From Phycisphaeraceae bacterium (lineage in GTDB: Bacteria > Planctomycetota > Phycisphaerae > Phycisphaerales > Phycisphaeraceae): DNA of 64,000 bases. Each line of letters opens with the position of its first letter. The stretch's first letter is position 1. Made by a program: the position numbers and the translations under genes. The notes under the pieces are model-generated. The model searched no databases. It saw nothing but the letters and a program-made list of their open reading frames with translations, and was not told where the DNA came from. Below are positions 9,850-20,469 of the stretch, one piece after another. The stretch is taken from positions 4,800,001 to 4,864,000 of the forward strand of contig OY771506.1 in the NCBI GenBank assembly GCA_963674705.1, in the 5' to 3' direction.

Positions 9850-10785
9850 ATGCCTTCCGACCTGGCATTGAAACATAGCGAGAAACTGATCTACGTCCGA
9901 GGCCGACGCGGCGGCGACCTCCCCTTTTCCAAGGGGCTGATGGCGACGAGCATCCTGGCGACCGGCATGGAAACGGGAACGGCCCACATGATCGCCGCCG
10001 GCATCGAGAAGCGTTTGCGGCAGGAGAAGCGGCGTGAGGTTGATGCCGATGAACTTGCGGCCCTGGCCGAACAGGCGATTGAAGTGCAAGCGGGTAAGGA
10101 CGCCGCCAACCGTTACCGCGCCTGGCGTCGTGTCAAGCGGGTAGGCCGACCGATTGTTGTATGTCTGGGCGGAGCGCCGGGTGTCGGAAAGTCCACGGTC
10201 GCAACGAGATTGGCGTTGCGATTGGGTATCAACCGTGTGGTGCCGTCGGATGCTGTACGTGAAGTGCTTCGAACCGTTGTCCCCCAGACGGTCTTGCCTG
10301 AATTGCACGTCTCGACCTACGAAACGGTCGAGGGCGATCCCGCGATCGGCTGCTCGCTGACAAGCTTTCTCCGGCAGTCACACGCGGTCGGATCGGCTTG
10401 TGCGGCGATAGCCAGCCGGTTGACCGCCGAACGGCGTCATGTGCTGCTGGAGGGCGCCCACGTCCTGCCGGGCAAGGTCCGCGATCACCTCGAGCAACAC
10501 GGTTCTGATGCAATCGTGGTTGAAGTACTGCTAACGATCGACCAGGAAGACACCCACCGGGAACAATTAACCACAAGGCTTAGCCGAGAACCGGACCGTG
10601 ATGGCCAACGGCACCTGAAGCACCTGCCGGTGATACGTCTGCTTCAGGAGGAACTTCGTAAACGGGCACACAAGGCGGGTGTCGCCGAGCATGATATCCG
10701 GCACCCGGAGGACCTTACACAGCGCGTCGTCGATCTGATCATTGCGCAGATCGACGCAACAAAAACCCTGCCGAAAGCGATATGA
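9850..10785 (+). CDS. 2-phosphoglycerate kinase-like P-loop protein with N-terminal ATP-cone-like region
   Basis: LPFSKGLMATS N-terminus; LGGAPGVGKSTVATRLALRLGI; DAVREVLR; LHVSTY; LLEGAH. Confidence 0.78.
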   Translation: MPSDLALKHSEKLIYVRGRRGGDLPFSKGLMATSILATGMETGTAHMIAAGIEKRLRQEKRREVDADELAALAEQAIEVQAGKDAANRYRAWRRVKRVGRPIVVCLGGAPGVGKSTVATRLALRLGINRVVPSDAVREVLRTVVPQTVLPELHVSTYETVEGDPAIGCSLTSFLRQSHAVGSACAAIASRLTAERRHVLLEGAHVLPGKVRDHLEQHGSDAIVVEVLLTIDQEDTHREQLTTRLSREPDRDGQRHLKHLPVIRLLQEELRKRAHKAGVAEHDIRHPEDLTQRVVDLIIAQIDATKTLPKAI

Positions 10786-11387
10786 GGATGGAACAAGAGA
10801 TCGAATTATTAGTACTGGACGCACACGGGATCATCCTCAACGCGTATTGGCCGATCTTCCTGCACGAAGTTGCTCTGCATACAGGCGAGACACACGAGGA
10901 AGTGAACCGGCGTTGGCACGAACAGGTACGCGATGACGCGTGGTCCGGCCGGATCGATGACCGCGAACTGTGGCAACGCTTGACGCTCTGTGGCGCAGGA
11001 ACACATGATTGGCATGGGATCCTCGAATCCGGCTATGTAATCGGACCGGCAGCGCGGTATTTGTCGGCGTGGTCCAAGGCCGTCCCGCTCTGGCTGCTAT
11101 CGAACCATCGAACGCACTGGTTGCTGCCGCGTCTTAAGCGCTTTGGCTTGATCGGCCACTTCGACCGCGTGCTGGTATCGGACAAGATAGGCGCCACTAA
11201 ACCCGACCCGAGTGCGTTCCGGGAAGCGCTCGATCGCGTTGCAGAAACCAATCGGATTCTGTTCGTCGATGATCACAAGAGCAACGTCGCAGCGGCCGGT
11301 CGGCTAGGCATTCAAACCATATATGCCGAGCTCGACACGCCTTGGGAGAACCGTGTGGATGTATTGCTCGGTCTTCAGCCGGCCTGA
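10782..11387 (+). CDS. HAD-superfamily hydrolase/phosphatase
   Basis: LVLDAHGII, LLSN, KPDP, LFVDD motifs. Confidence 0.82.
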   Translation: MRMEQEIELLVLDAHGIILNAYWPIFLHEVALHTGETHEEVNRRWHEQVRDDAWSGRIDDRELWQRLTLCGAGTHDWHGILESGYVIGPAARYLSAWSKAVPLWLLSNHRTHWLLPRLKRFGLIGHFDRVLVSDKIGATKPDPSAFREALDRVAETNRILFVDDHKSNVAAAGRLGIQTIYAELDTPWENRVDVLLGLQPA

Positions 11388-11516
11388 ACCCCGGGTTCAC
11401 ACCGAATTAGACGAGCCGGGATACGACGCGTCGGCAAGCGACGCCAGGTAACTCGCCGCGCTTACGTTGTGTCACTAAGATAAAGATGATCCCCGTTTCC
11501 AACAAAGTTTTCAGCC

Positions 11517-13850
11517 ATGCTTTGGATGATCCTGACGCCCCTAATCGCCGCCAGCCTTGTGCCGTGGCTTTGCCGTAAGCTCGGCCGAACTACGGCATGG
11601 CTTGCCGCGTTGCTGCCGGGTGGTATCGCAATGCTTACCGTATTGCGTTTACCAATGGAGCCGGGTGAAGCGTGGTCGGTGTCGCAGCCATGGGTACCCG
11701 CGCTTGGTATCGATTTAGCGTTCAGGATGGACGGGCTATCGGCGGTGTTCGTAATCCTGATCAGCGGTATCGGGGCGCTGATATTGCTATACGCCGGCAG
11801 CTATATGAAAACGGATCTCGGCAGGCTGCTGGGACTGTTGCTGCTGTTCCTCGGAGCGATGCTCGGGATCGTGCTTAGCGATGATCTATTCGTTCTGTTT
11901 ATTTTCTGGGAATTGACCAGCGTCGCATCTTTCTTATTGATCGGATTCAAGCACGATCAGGAAGGCGCCCGCGCGTCGGCCAGGCAGGCCCTGCTGGTCA
12001 CGGGCGCGGGTGGACTTGCACTGCTGGCGGGCATCGTCCTCTTGACAATCGCCGCTTTGCAGAGCGGGCTTTCTGTAGGATCGGCGTCGAAGATATCGGA
12101 ACTCATCGGCTCTGACGTCTCGACGCACAGCCTTTTTTTGCCAGCCATGATCCTCATCATGATCGGTGCTTTGTCTAAGTCGGCCCAAGTGCCCCTTCAC
12201 TTCTGGCTTCCCGACGCGATGACCGCGCCGACCCCGGTTTCCGCTTACCTGCACTCGGCGACGATGGTTAAGGCTGGTGTCTATCTGCTGGCGCGTCTGA
12301 ACCCGTTGTTTGGCCATAGTGCGACGTGGCATGCCGTTCTTGTGGCAACAGGAGCAATGACCATGCTGATCGGCGCCTTGATCGCTGCGGGTCAGACCGA
12401 CATGAAACGTATACTCGCCTACACGACCGTCAGTGTGCTGGGCACGCTCACGATGCTCATAGGTATCGGGACGGACCTGGCAATCAAAGCCGCGGTTGTC
12501 TACCTCACCGCCCACGCGTGTTACAAAGCGGCACTGTTCATGATTGCCGGCAGTATCGAGTACGTAACCGGTACACGTGACATTGAGAAACTGGGCGGTT
12601 TGTCACGCGCCATGCCGATCACAGCACTTTCCGGCGCTCTCGCCGCACTAAGCATGGCAGGGGCGCCACCGCTGTTTGGATTTATCGGCAAGGAGCTGTT
12701 GCTCAAGGCCAAACTAAATCTCGACACGCTGGGTGTTGCACTGATCTGTGCGGCTGTCGTCGCGAATATCTTTCTGATTGCCATGGCGCTGGCCGTCGCG
12801 GCGTGGCCCTTCTTCAGAGAAAGAAAACAGTCATCACGCAACGCCCGAGAAGTTCGCCTGCCCATGCTCATCGGGCCGTTTGTGTTGGCCGTGGCGGGTT
12901 TGTTCGTCGGCGTGATCCCTGATGTATTCGACCGCACACTGGGCTCGGCGATAGCGTCGTCGATTGGTGGGCGCACGATCCTCATGGACCTGGAGCTGTG
13001 GCACGGCTTCAGTCCCGTCGCGCTGACAGCGCTCGGGATCAGCTTAGTCACGTTGGGCTGCGGTTTCGCATTGTTCCTAAAGCTTCGCCACTGGTTGGGG
13101 GCGATCAAGCGCATCGTCGGTGTGGCCGCCGTGTATGGTCCCGCACGGATCTATGAAAAGCTCTATACGGGTATCCTGACGTGTGCGGCCGTGATAACCC
13201 GTAAGACACAGACAGGAAAGCTCCGCCAGGACCTTCGGGTTATTCTCGTGTTCTTCGTGACACTGAGTGTTTACCCGCTAGTCCGCACAGGTTTGCCTGA
13301 ACCAGAGGTACTGGGTGATTTACTCATCACGGAAAGCGTGCTCGGTCTGGTGCTGCTGGCTGGCGCACTGGCGGCGGTCCACAGCCGCTCTCGTCTGTCA
13401 GCCATCGCACTTCTGGGGATTACCGGCGTGCTGATTGCTGTACTGTTTGGCCTATTCAGTGCACCTGACCTCGCTATCACTCAGATTATGGTCGAGGCCT
13501 TAACGGTAGTATTACTCGTACTCACCTTCTATCGGCTTCCGAAGTTCGCAGCATTCCGTGAACGATCCGTACGTTGGCTTGATGCGATCATCGCTTTGGC
13601 GGCCGGCGCCGTGATGGCCACGATGCTCTATCAATCGTCGCTAGTTAGGCTGCCCGCTTCAGTGAGTGAAAAGATGGCCTCGCTAGCCCGCCCCGAAGCC
13701 CATGGGCGTAACGTTGTGAACGTGATCCTCGTGGACTTCCGTGCGCTGGATACACTCGGTGAAATTACCGTAGTCGCGATGGCAGGGCTGGGTGTATTCG
13801 CGTTAATCCGGACGGGACGATCCGCCCGTGCTAAAGGGGGTGAAGCGTGA
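11517..13850 (+). CDS. mrpA: Mrp/Mnh Na+/H+ antiporter subunit A
   Basis: [66 protein letters not shown]. Confidence 0.95.
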   Translation: MLWMILTPLIAASLVPWLCRKLGRTTAWLAALLPGGIAMLTVLRLPMEPGEAWSVSQPWVPALGIDLAFRMDGLSAVFVILISGIGALILLYAGSYMKTDLGRLLGLLLLFLGAMLGIVLSDDLFVLFIFWELTSVASFLLIGFKHDQEGARASARQALLVTGAGGLALLAGIVLLTIAALQSGLSVGSASKISELIGSDVSTHSLFLPAMILIMIGALSKSAQVPLHFWLPDAMTAPTPVSAYLHSATMVKAGVYLLARLNPLFGHSATWHAVLVATGAMTMLIGALIAAGQTDMKRILAYTTVSVLGTLTMLIGIGTDLAIKAAVVYLTAHACYKAALFMIAGSIEYVTGTRDIEKLGGLSRAMPITALSGALAALSMAGAPPLFGFIGKELLLKAKLNLDTLGVALICAAVVANIFLIAMALAVAAWPFFRERKQSSRNAREVRLPMLIGPFVLAVAGLFVGVIPDVFDRTLGSAIASSIGGRTILMDLELWHGFSPVALTALGISLVTLGCGFALFLKLRHWLGAIKRIVGVAAVYGPARIYEKLYTGILTCAAVITRKTQTGKLRQDLRVILVFFVTLSVYPLVRTGLPEPEVLGDLLITESVLGLVLLAGALAAVHSRSRLSAIALLGITGVLIAVLFGLFSAPDLAITQIMVEALTVVLLVLTFYRLPKFAAFRERSVRWLDAIIALAAGAVMATMLYQSSLVRLPASVSEKMASLARPEAHGRNVVNVILVDFRALDTLGEITVVAMAGLGVFALIRTGRSARAKGGEA

Positions 13851-14257
13851 ACGCGATTGTGTTCCAGACGACAGTACGTTTCGTGACCCCGGTGCTGTTG
13901 CTTTTCTCGATCTTCATGCTGCTGCGCGGGCACAACGAACCGGGCGGGGGCTTTATCGGTGGGCTTCTGGCCGCCACCGCCTTCGTGCTTTATGGGCTGG
14001 CGTTCAGCATGGATCGTGTCAAGAGTCTGCTTCGTGTGTCGCCACCCACTCTCATCGGCATCGGGCTGCTGCTTGCCGTCATCAGCGGCTGTGTCGCGTT
14101 GATAGCAGGTCAGCCCTTCATGTACGGACTGTGGCTTGCGTGGGAGTTGCCCCTCGGACTTAAGGCCGGAACCGTGTTGCTATTCGACGTGGGGGTGTTT
14201 CTGGTTGTTCTGGGTGCGGTACTGTTATTCATCATCAGCTTGAGCGAAGAATCATGA
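13847..14257 (+). CDS. mrpB: Mrp antiporter subunit B
   Basis: [25 protein letters not shown]; overlapping start/stop. Confidence 0.95.
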   Translation: MNAIVFQTTVRFVTPVLLLFSIFMLLRGHNEPGGGFIGGLLAATAFVLYGLAFSMDRVKSLLRVSPPTLIGIGLLLAVISGCVALIAGQPFMYGLWLAWELPLGLKAGTVLLFDVGVFLVVLGAVLLFIISLSEES

Positions 14258-14598
14258 TCATCATCGGATCCATCCTGGTCGGACTGTTGTACGCGTCGGC
14301 GTTATACCTGCTGATGGCGCGCAGTTCAGTAAAGCTCATCTTCGGGCTTTTGCTGATCGGTCACGCGGCCAACTTGTTGATCTTTTCGGCCGGGGGATGG
14401 ATCCGTGCCCAGCCGCCGATTGTTTCGCCCGACGCATCCGCACCGTCGCCGGGGCACGCGGACCCATTGCCTCAGGCCCTGATCCTCACAGCCATCGTGA
14501 TCAGTTTTTCGGTGCTCGCTTTCGCGAGCGTATTGGTACGCCGCGCCTGTCATGTCTTCGGGACCGATGAGATCGTGAACGAAGGAGACCAGCCATGA
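14254..14598 (+). CDS. mrpC: Mrp antiporter subunit C
   Basis: [16 protein letters not shown]. Confidence 0.95.
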   Translation: MIIIGSILVGLLYASALYLLMARSSVKLIFGLLLIGHAANLLIFSAGGWIRAQPPIVSPDASAPSPGHADPLPQALILTAIVISFSVLAFASVLVRRACHVFGTDEIVNEGDQP

Positions 14599-16190
14599 TT
14601 GGCACGCTCCCAGTCCTTCCGATCCTGATCCCGTTACTCACCGCCTGCTGCAGCCTGCTTCTCATAAGACAGCGCAGGGCACAACGGTGTGTCGCGCTGA
14701 TCGGTGCATTGGCTCTGCTTGTGGCAAGCGTCTTTCTGGCTGCGCGTGTTTGGCACAACGGGACGCAAGTAATCCATGTCGGCGGGTGGGACGCCCCTGT
14801 TGGGATCGTCTTCGTAGCCGACCTCTTTGCTGTCGTGATGGTGGTCGTCGCCGCCGTGATTCATCTTGCCGTGAGTGTTTATACTTTGGGTCATTCCAAC
14901 CCGGCTGACGAGCGGCACGGCTACTTCGTCGCCCAGAATATCCTGCTCTTGGGCGTTTGTGGCGCATTCCTGACCGGTGACCTGTTCAACCTCTACGTGT
15001 GGTTTGAGGTGATGCTCATCGGCAGCTTTGTGCTGCTTGTGATGGGCGGTGGCCGTAAACGCATGCAAGCGGGTATCAGGTACGTGACGCTGAGCCTGCT
15101 GAGTTCAGCCATGTTCCTTGCCGGGGTGGGCCTGTTATACGGGATCGCTCACACTCTGAACATGGCAGACTTGTCCCAGCGCCTGGCTCTTGTCAATACG
15201 GAGCATCCGTGGCTGGTGACTGCTGCCTCGGGGCTGTTGTTAGTCAGCTTCGGTATCAAAGCTGCGGTCTTCCCGCTCTACTTCTGGCTACCCGCCAGCT
15301 ACCACACCGCAAGACCGGCGACCTCCGCTATCTTCGCGGGGCTGTTGACAAAAGTCGGTGTGTACGCACTGATCCGGGTATTCGCCACCGTCATACCCTA
15401 CAGCCCGTATATCTTTCACATACTCCTGTTCATCGCCGGCCTGACCATGCTGATGGGGGTTTGGGGTGCCGTGTCCCAGTCTGGCTTCAGGCGGGTGCTC
15501 GGGTTCCATATCATCAGCCAGATCGGGTACATGGTGATGGGCTTGGCACTGTTGACTTCGGATGATCCACAACTTCGTCAACTGGGGATTGTTGCGTCGA
15601 TCTTCTACATCGTGCACCACATTATCGTGAAAACTAATCTGTTCCTGATCGGTGGGATCGTCCGGCACCTCACGGGAACCGAAGACCTGTCACGCCTGGG
15701 CGGGATGCTTAAACACGCGCCATGGCTAGCGATACTCTTTGCCATCCCAGCCATGAGTCTCGCTGGTCTGCCACCTCTCTCGGGCTTCTGGGCGAAACTC
15801 ACGATGATCAAGGCAGGCTTCGCCACAGGACAATACCTGCTGACAACGATCGCAATCGTCGCAGGGTTGTTAACGCTTGTAAGCATGCTCAAGCTCTGGA
15901 ACGAGGTTTTCTGGAAACCCGCTCCTGAGAACATGGGGACCGACACGCCCGAGGGTGTCATCACACCCGCAATACAGTCACCTCGTCGATTGGCGTTGCT
16001 GGCCGCCCCTTGCGGTGTGCTGGCACTGCTGACGGTCGCCATCGGCTTACATCCACAAGCACTATTGACCATCGCCGATCAAGCTGCCGCGGGCATCCTT
16101 GATCGCTCCGCGTATGTTCAACAGGTTTTGCCCCATGTCCAGGCCGAAGTGACTCGAGGGATCACGAACGAAAGTGAGGACCTACGATGA
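14595..16190 (+). CDS. mrpD: Mrp antiporter subunit D
   Basis: GAFLTGDLFNLYVWFEVML, KAAVFPLYFWLPASY, LTKVGVYA. Confidence 0.95.
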   Translation: MIGTLPVLPILIPLLTACCSLLLIRQRRAQRCVALIGALALLVASVFLAARVWHNGTQVIHVGGWDAPVGIVFVADLFAVVMVVVAAVIHLAVSVYTLGHSNPADERHGYFVAQNILLLGVCGAFLTGDLFNLYVWFEVMLIGSFVLLVMGGGRKRMQAGIRYVTLSLLSSAMFLAGVGLLYGIAHTLNMADLSQRLALVNTEHPWLVTAASGLLLVSFGIKAAVFPLYFWLPASYHTARPATSAIFAGLLTKVGVYALIRVFATVIPYSPYIFHILLFIAGLTMLMGVWGAVSQSGFRRVLGFHIISQIGYMVMGLALLTSDDPQLRQLGIVASIFYIVHHIIVKTNLFLIGGIVRHLTGTEDLSRLGGMLKHAPWLAILFAIPAMSLAGLPPLSGFWAKLTMIKAGFATGQYLLTTIAIVAGLLTLVSMLKLWNEVFWKPAPENMGTDTPEGVITPAIQSPRRLALLAAPCGVLALLTVAIGLHPQALLTIADQAAAGILDRSAYVQQVLPHVQAEVTRGITNESEDLR

Positions 16191-16660
16191 AGGCGCTGTT
16201 GATGAACATCCTGTTGATGGCCCTATGGGTAGCCTCCACCGGTGACTTCGGCTACGGCAATATCCTTATCGGGTTCGCCCTCGGATACCTCGTGCTGTGG
16301 TGGATGTCTCCGCTGCTTGGTCGGACCTCGTACTTCAGGAAACTACCGTTGACGATTGGATTCGCTTTCGTGCTTGCATGGGAGATATTCAAAGCGAACC
16401 TCCGCGTAGCATGGGACGTTGTGACCCCCACCCGCTATCGGCGTCCGGGGATCGTGGCTGTCCCGCTCGACGCCGAAACAGACCTGGAGATCGCCGTCCT
16501 CGCCAACCTGATCACACTGACCCCGGGGAGCCTGTGCATTGATGTTGGGGAAGATCGGCGCGTGATGTACATCCATGCGATGTTTGTGGATGACCCGGAA
16601 CAGGTCCGCAAGGAAGTCAAGCAAAGATTGGAAAGCTGGGTACTCGCACTGATGCGGTGA
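16187..16660 (+). CDS. mrpE: Mrp antiporter subunit E
   Basis: PGIVAVPL, ANLITLTPGS. Confidence 0.95.
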   Translation: MKALLMNILLMALWVASTGDFGYGNILIGFALGYLVLWWMSPLLGRTSYFRKLPLTIGFAFVLAWEIFKANLRVAWDVVTPTRYRRPGIVAVPLDAETDLEIAVLANLITLTPGSLCIDVGEDRRVMYIHAMFVDDPEQVRKEVKQRLESWVLALMR

Positions 16661-16938
16661 GACGATATCTGGAGGATAACGGACTGATGATACTGGCTGT
16701 GGAGTACATGTTGATCCTGTCGATAGCGCTGGCCGCACTGCGTCTGATACGCGGGCCCGGGCTTGCCGACCGTGTCGTGGCACTCGACGTGATCGCGATC
16801 TTGTCCACCGCGCTCATGGCGCTCTACGCGGCTCAGTACAGGAACCCCGTCTTCCTCGACGTGGCCGTCATTCTCGCATTGGTCAGTTTCGTAGGGACCG
16901 TTGCATTTGCTCACTTTATCGAAAGGAAAACATCATGA
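16657..16938 (+). CDS. mrpF: Mrp antiporter subunit F
   Basis: RLIRGPGLADRVVALD, SFVGTVAFA; start could be a downstream ATG. Confidence 0.93.
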   Translation: MRRYLEDNGLMILAVEYMLILSIALAALRLIRGPGLADRVVALDVIAILSTALMALYAAQYRNPVFLDVAVILALVSFVGTVAFAHFIERKTS

Positions 16939-17285
16939 CCGAAGTCGTGTTGAACATATTGAGTACCGCCCTGCTGTTTGTCGGTGGGATATTTTGTCTC
17001 TTAGCCGCAGTGGGTATCTTGGTCATGCCAGACGTCTATACGCGGATGCAGGCCGCCAGTAAAGCCGTCACGCTCGGTACCTGCACGGTTTTACTCGCCG
17101 CCGTACTCACGATGCCAGATATCGACGTGACCGCACGCGGCCTGCTCGTGTGTGTTTTTCTGGTGGTCACGGTCCCCGCTGCAACACATCTGCTCGCAAG
17201 AGCGGCTTACCGCAGCCGAGAACCATTGGGTCAAGACACTGTGATCGATGAACTGGAACGCAAGCGGAGTTTGAAGTCAAGATGA
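16935..17285 (+). CDS. mrpG: Mrp antiporter subunit G
   Basis: PDVYTRMQAASKAVTLG, HLLARAAY. Confidence 0.95.
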   Translation: MTEVVLNILSTALLFVGGIFCLLAAVGILVMPDVYTRMQAASKAVTLGTCTVLLAAVLTMPDIDVTARGLLVCVFLVVTVPAATHLLARAAYRSREPLGQDTVIDELERKRSLKSR

Positions 17286-17440
17286 GATCTGCATAAGCCC
17301 ATGATTAAACTTGTACCAGCTCATGAATAGAATAAGGACTGATGTAAAGCAGATGACCCTCATCTAAAACGTCTCATACTGAGGGAATAGTTTAGCTTGA
17401 TCCTGCTACTATATCAGGCCAAGTAACAGACATACGAGAT

Positions 17441-18286
17441 CTACCTTTTCAAACCTGCCCACAGCATCTTGACGGGCGCGGTGATCACCCGGCCGTAGGG
17501 CACCCGCGCGGGGGTTGTGTCGCGCTTGATAAGGATCACAGTCAGGTCGTCCTGATCAAGCTGAGACATATCACTCACCAGATCGATTAACATATGAACG
17601 CTTTGCTCAGGTTCGTCAGGTGGTAAGGACCGAGCCAGTTCCAGCAACCCATCTTGGCCGAGTTGACGCCCGTTGGGTCGCGTCGCTTCGGTCAACGCGT
17701 CGCTGTAACACAGCACCATGTCATGCGGCTCAAGACTCATGGACTGCTGACTGTAGTCCGCTTCATTGAATAGGCCCAAAGGCAGATCTCTCATCGCTCC
17801 ATCGGACTGACTATCACGGCGGAGCAGACGCCAAGTCTGTCGGCGGTGGCTGTAGTGTAGCGGGGGTGGATGCCCCGCATTCGAGATGGTCAGCGATTGC
17901 CGAGGGGCGAAGAACGTCAGTACCAATGCCGTGGCAAAGGATGAGTCTGTGTCGAGTTGCTTGAACTGCTCATTGATTGATGTAAGTACACGTGTCTGAT
18001 CGATCCGGTTCACATTACGCCGCATGATTTGACGCAGGTTCGAGGACAATTCGGCCACCTTCTGGCCATGCCCACAGACGTCGGCCAACAGCAGCCGGGA
18101 GATCGATCCGGAGGCGCATGAGGTGACATAGTGAACGTCCCCCCCGGCTTCCGAAGATCGGCCATAAGGCTTACTGTATATCCATGCGTTAAGCCCGAGC
18201 ATCTTCACGCCGACATCCGCGTGGCTATTGCCACCCCAGACTTCCATGCAAGCCATCTTGTGCGTGTCGCTCTCACTAACGGGCAT
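17441..18286 (-). CDS. Stand-alone PP2C/SpoIIE-type protein phosphatase
   Basis: GGDVHY, LADVCGHG, NAGHPPP, YSDALTE, DDLTVI. Confidence 0.88.
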   Translation of the reverse strand: MPVSESDTHKMACMEVWGGNSHADVGVKMLGLNAWIYSKPYGRSSEAGGDVHYVTSCASGSISRLLLADVCGHGQKVAELSSNLRQIMRRNVNRIDQTRVLTSINEQFKQLDTDSSFATALVLTFFAPRQSLTISNAGHPPPLHYSHRRQTWRLLRRDSQSDGAMRDLPLGLFNEADYSQQSMSLEPHDMVLCYSDALTEATRPNGRQLGQDGLLELARSLPPDEPEQSVHMLIDLVSDMSQLDQDDLTVILIKRDTTPARVPYGRVITAPVKMLWAGLKR

Positions 18287-19247
18287 GTACAGTCTCCTCT
18301 TTGATCAACGCAACATCCGGCTGGATCGTCTGACACGCATTTGTGTTGCAGAGCCCGGGGTAGTCCGGACGGTCGGCGGCCGTTCTGTGACGAAATGATC
18401 TTACCAAGCGGCCACGATGTATCAGAAACGCTCCGGGCATCTGAAATCCGTCCCCGGCCAAACGACCGGGCCAATGCCCCCGTAAACCCGCGACGATGCC
18501 ACGCAACCAGACCAACGGCCCGAACAAGGCCAGGAATGAGCCACGGCCCAAACCCAATGATCGATACAGTTCGCGGTGCGGATCGCTGATCCGTGGCAGA
18601 TCCGCCAGTCCATACGCCGCAAACAAGCGTTCTGCCTGATCCTCCAACGCCATGTGCACCAGGATGATCTGCACACCCTTACTTTCGATCTTCTTACGCT
18701 GGCTTGCAATATCTTGCAGGGCTACTTTACAGAAGCTGCAACCTGCATGACGCAGGCAGAGCACAAGCGCCGGTTGACGCTGCGTCAGGTCCCACAGACT
18801 TTGACCGGTCTGTGTGAGTGCGTGACGCATGGCAACACTAGCGGGTTGTACCTGCGCAGTAGTTTCATTACCGCGTGCTGCCGACCAGAGAATCGCGGCA
18901 AAAGGCAGCCACCAGATCAGGTCATTCGTCAGGATCATGATCCCAAATTCCAGCGGGAAGTCACCGGCCAGAAAGGCATATACGAAGCCAATGGGCCCGA
19001 GCACTTTGCCGATCAGGCCGACAAGCACCAGGGGCCACCAGCGGATCGGGTCCGTCGCCGCGATAGCGTACCCGATGCCATAACACCCCACGATCATCCC
19101 GACACACTGCCATATCTGGGGGTAACGAGGCGGCTCGAGCCCGGTCAGACTGAATGCAGCAAGCGGAAACAGCACGACCCAGGCACCCCACAGAAGGTTG
19201 TAGGCCGCCGCCAGGATCAACACACATCTCATCCAAGGTTGGGTCAT
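18276..19247 (-). CDS. Membrane domain fused to AhpC/TSA-like (peroxiredoxin-like) thioredoxin-fold domain
   Basis: Four hydrophobic segments, then LRHAGCSFC (CxxC), ISDP, QMPGAFLI, ADRPDY. Confidence 0.78.
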   Translation of the reverse strand: MTQPWMRCVLILAAAYNLLWGAWVVLFPLAAFSLTGLEPPRYPQIWQCVGMIVGCYGIGYAIAATDPIRWWPLVLVGLIGKVLGPIGFVYAFLAGDFPLEFGIMILTNDLIWWLPFAAILWSAARGNETTAQVQPASVAMRHALTQTGQSLWDLTQRQPALVLCLRHAGCSFCKVALQDIASQRKKIESKGVQIILVHMALEDQAERLFAAYGLADLPRISDPHRELYRSLGLGRGSFLALFGPLVWLRGIVAGLRGHWPGRLAGDGFQMPGAFLIHRGRLVRSFRHRTAADRPDYPGLCNTNACQTIQPDVALIKEETVHAR

Positions 19248-19485
19248 TGATGAATAAATCCGCTGTTAAGCCCCTGCCGTTAAACGGCTTCTCGTTGACT
19301 ACAACCCGGCGGGCAATATCCAGATCAACTGAATCCGCTCAGTCATTTACTTCGTATACATACAGTAGCTGGATTCAACCGAGGTGAGTATCTCTAAATG
19401 TCCCTTGAGCTTCCGCTTCTCTATCCCTACCACACGGGGATATAAATACACGAATATCTGTAGTCAAGAGGGTTTGGACACAAGG

Positions 19486-20469
19486 ATGCATCGCGTTCTG
19501 AAAAAAACACGCATAGGTATACCAGGCTTTGTTACAGCAACCTGGCACTGGTTAAGCGATGACCGGCTGGCCTCGCAGGCACATGTTGAGCATCACGAGC
19601 AGATCGACTGGGTGCGTTGTATCCCCTTCGCTCTACTGCATCTGGCATGCTTGGGAGTGATATGGGTGGGCTTCAGTTGGATTGCCGTTGCGGTTGCCGT
19701 TGTGCTTTACCTGATGCGGATGTTCTTTGTCACAGCGTTCTATCACAGGTACTTTTCACACCGTACGTTTAAAACTTCCAGAACGGTGCAGTTCGTCATG
19801 GCGGCGCTGGCGTGCACTTCCGGTCAACGTGGCCCGCTGTGGTGGGCGGCTCATCACCGACAACACCACATGCACTCTGATCAAGACCCGGACCCCCACT
19901 CCCCGCGCATCATCGGCTTTCTGAAGTCGCATATGGGATGGTTCTTGACACGGAACGCGTTTGCCACGGATGAACGTCTGGTCAGGGATTGGCTTCGTTA
20001 CCCCGAACTCCGTTGGCTCAACCGTTTCGACTGGGTACCTCTACTGCTGCTCGCTATTGGTTTGTTTGTCTTAGGTGCCTTGTTACAGCGCTACGCACCC
20101 GCACTTGGCACGGACGGGTGGCAGATGCTTGTCTGGGGCTTCTTCGTATCAACGATCATGTTGTACCACTTCACCTACACGATCAACTCCCTCGCACACA
20201 CGGTCGGCAAGCAACGCTTTGCGACCGGGGACGACAGCCGCAACAACTTCTTCCTGGCACTACTCACGCTGGGAGAAGGCTGGCACAACAACCATCACCA
20301 CTACCCCGCCTCGGCTCGACAGGGCTTTTATTGGTGGGAGATCGATGTGACGTACTACGGCCTGTTATTGCTTAAGTCACTGGGTCTGATCCGTGACCTG
20401 CGCCCCGTCTCAACCGAGGCTCTGCACCGCGATCGGCTGGATATCAAGCCATCGGAGACAAGACCATGA
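19486..20469 (+). CDS. Acyl-CoA/acyl-lipid (delta-9-type) fatty acid desaturase
   Basis: Three His boxes HRYFSH, HRQHH, HNNHH; WWEIDVTY. Confidence 0.92.
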   Translation: MHRVLKKTRIGIPGFVTATWHWLSDDRLASQAHVEHHEQIDWVRCIPFALLHLACLGVIWVGFSWIAVAVAVVLYLMRMFFVTAFYHRYFSHRTFKTSRTVQFVMAALACTSGQRGPLWWAAHHRQHHMHSDQDPDPHSPRIIGFLKSHMGWFLTRNAFATDERLVRDWLRYPELRWLNRFDWVPLLLLAIGLFVLGALLQRYAPALGTDGWQMLVWGFFVSTIMLYHFTYTINSLAHTVGKQRFATGDDSRNNFFLALLTLGEGWHNNHHHYPASARQGFYWWEIDVTYYGLLLLKSLGLIRDLRPVSTEALHRDRLDIKPSETRP

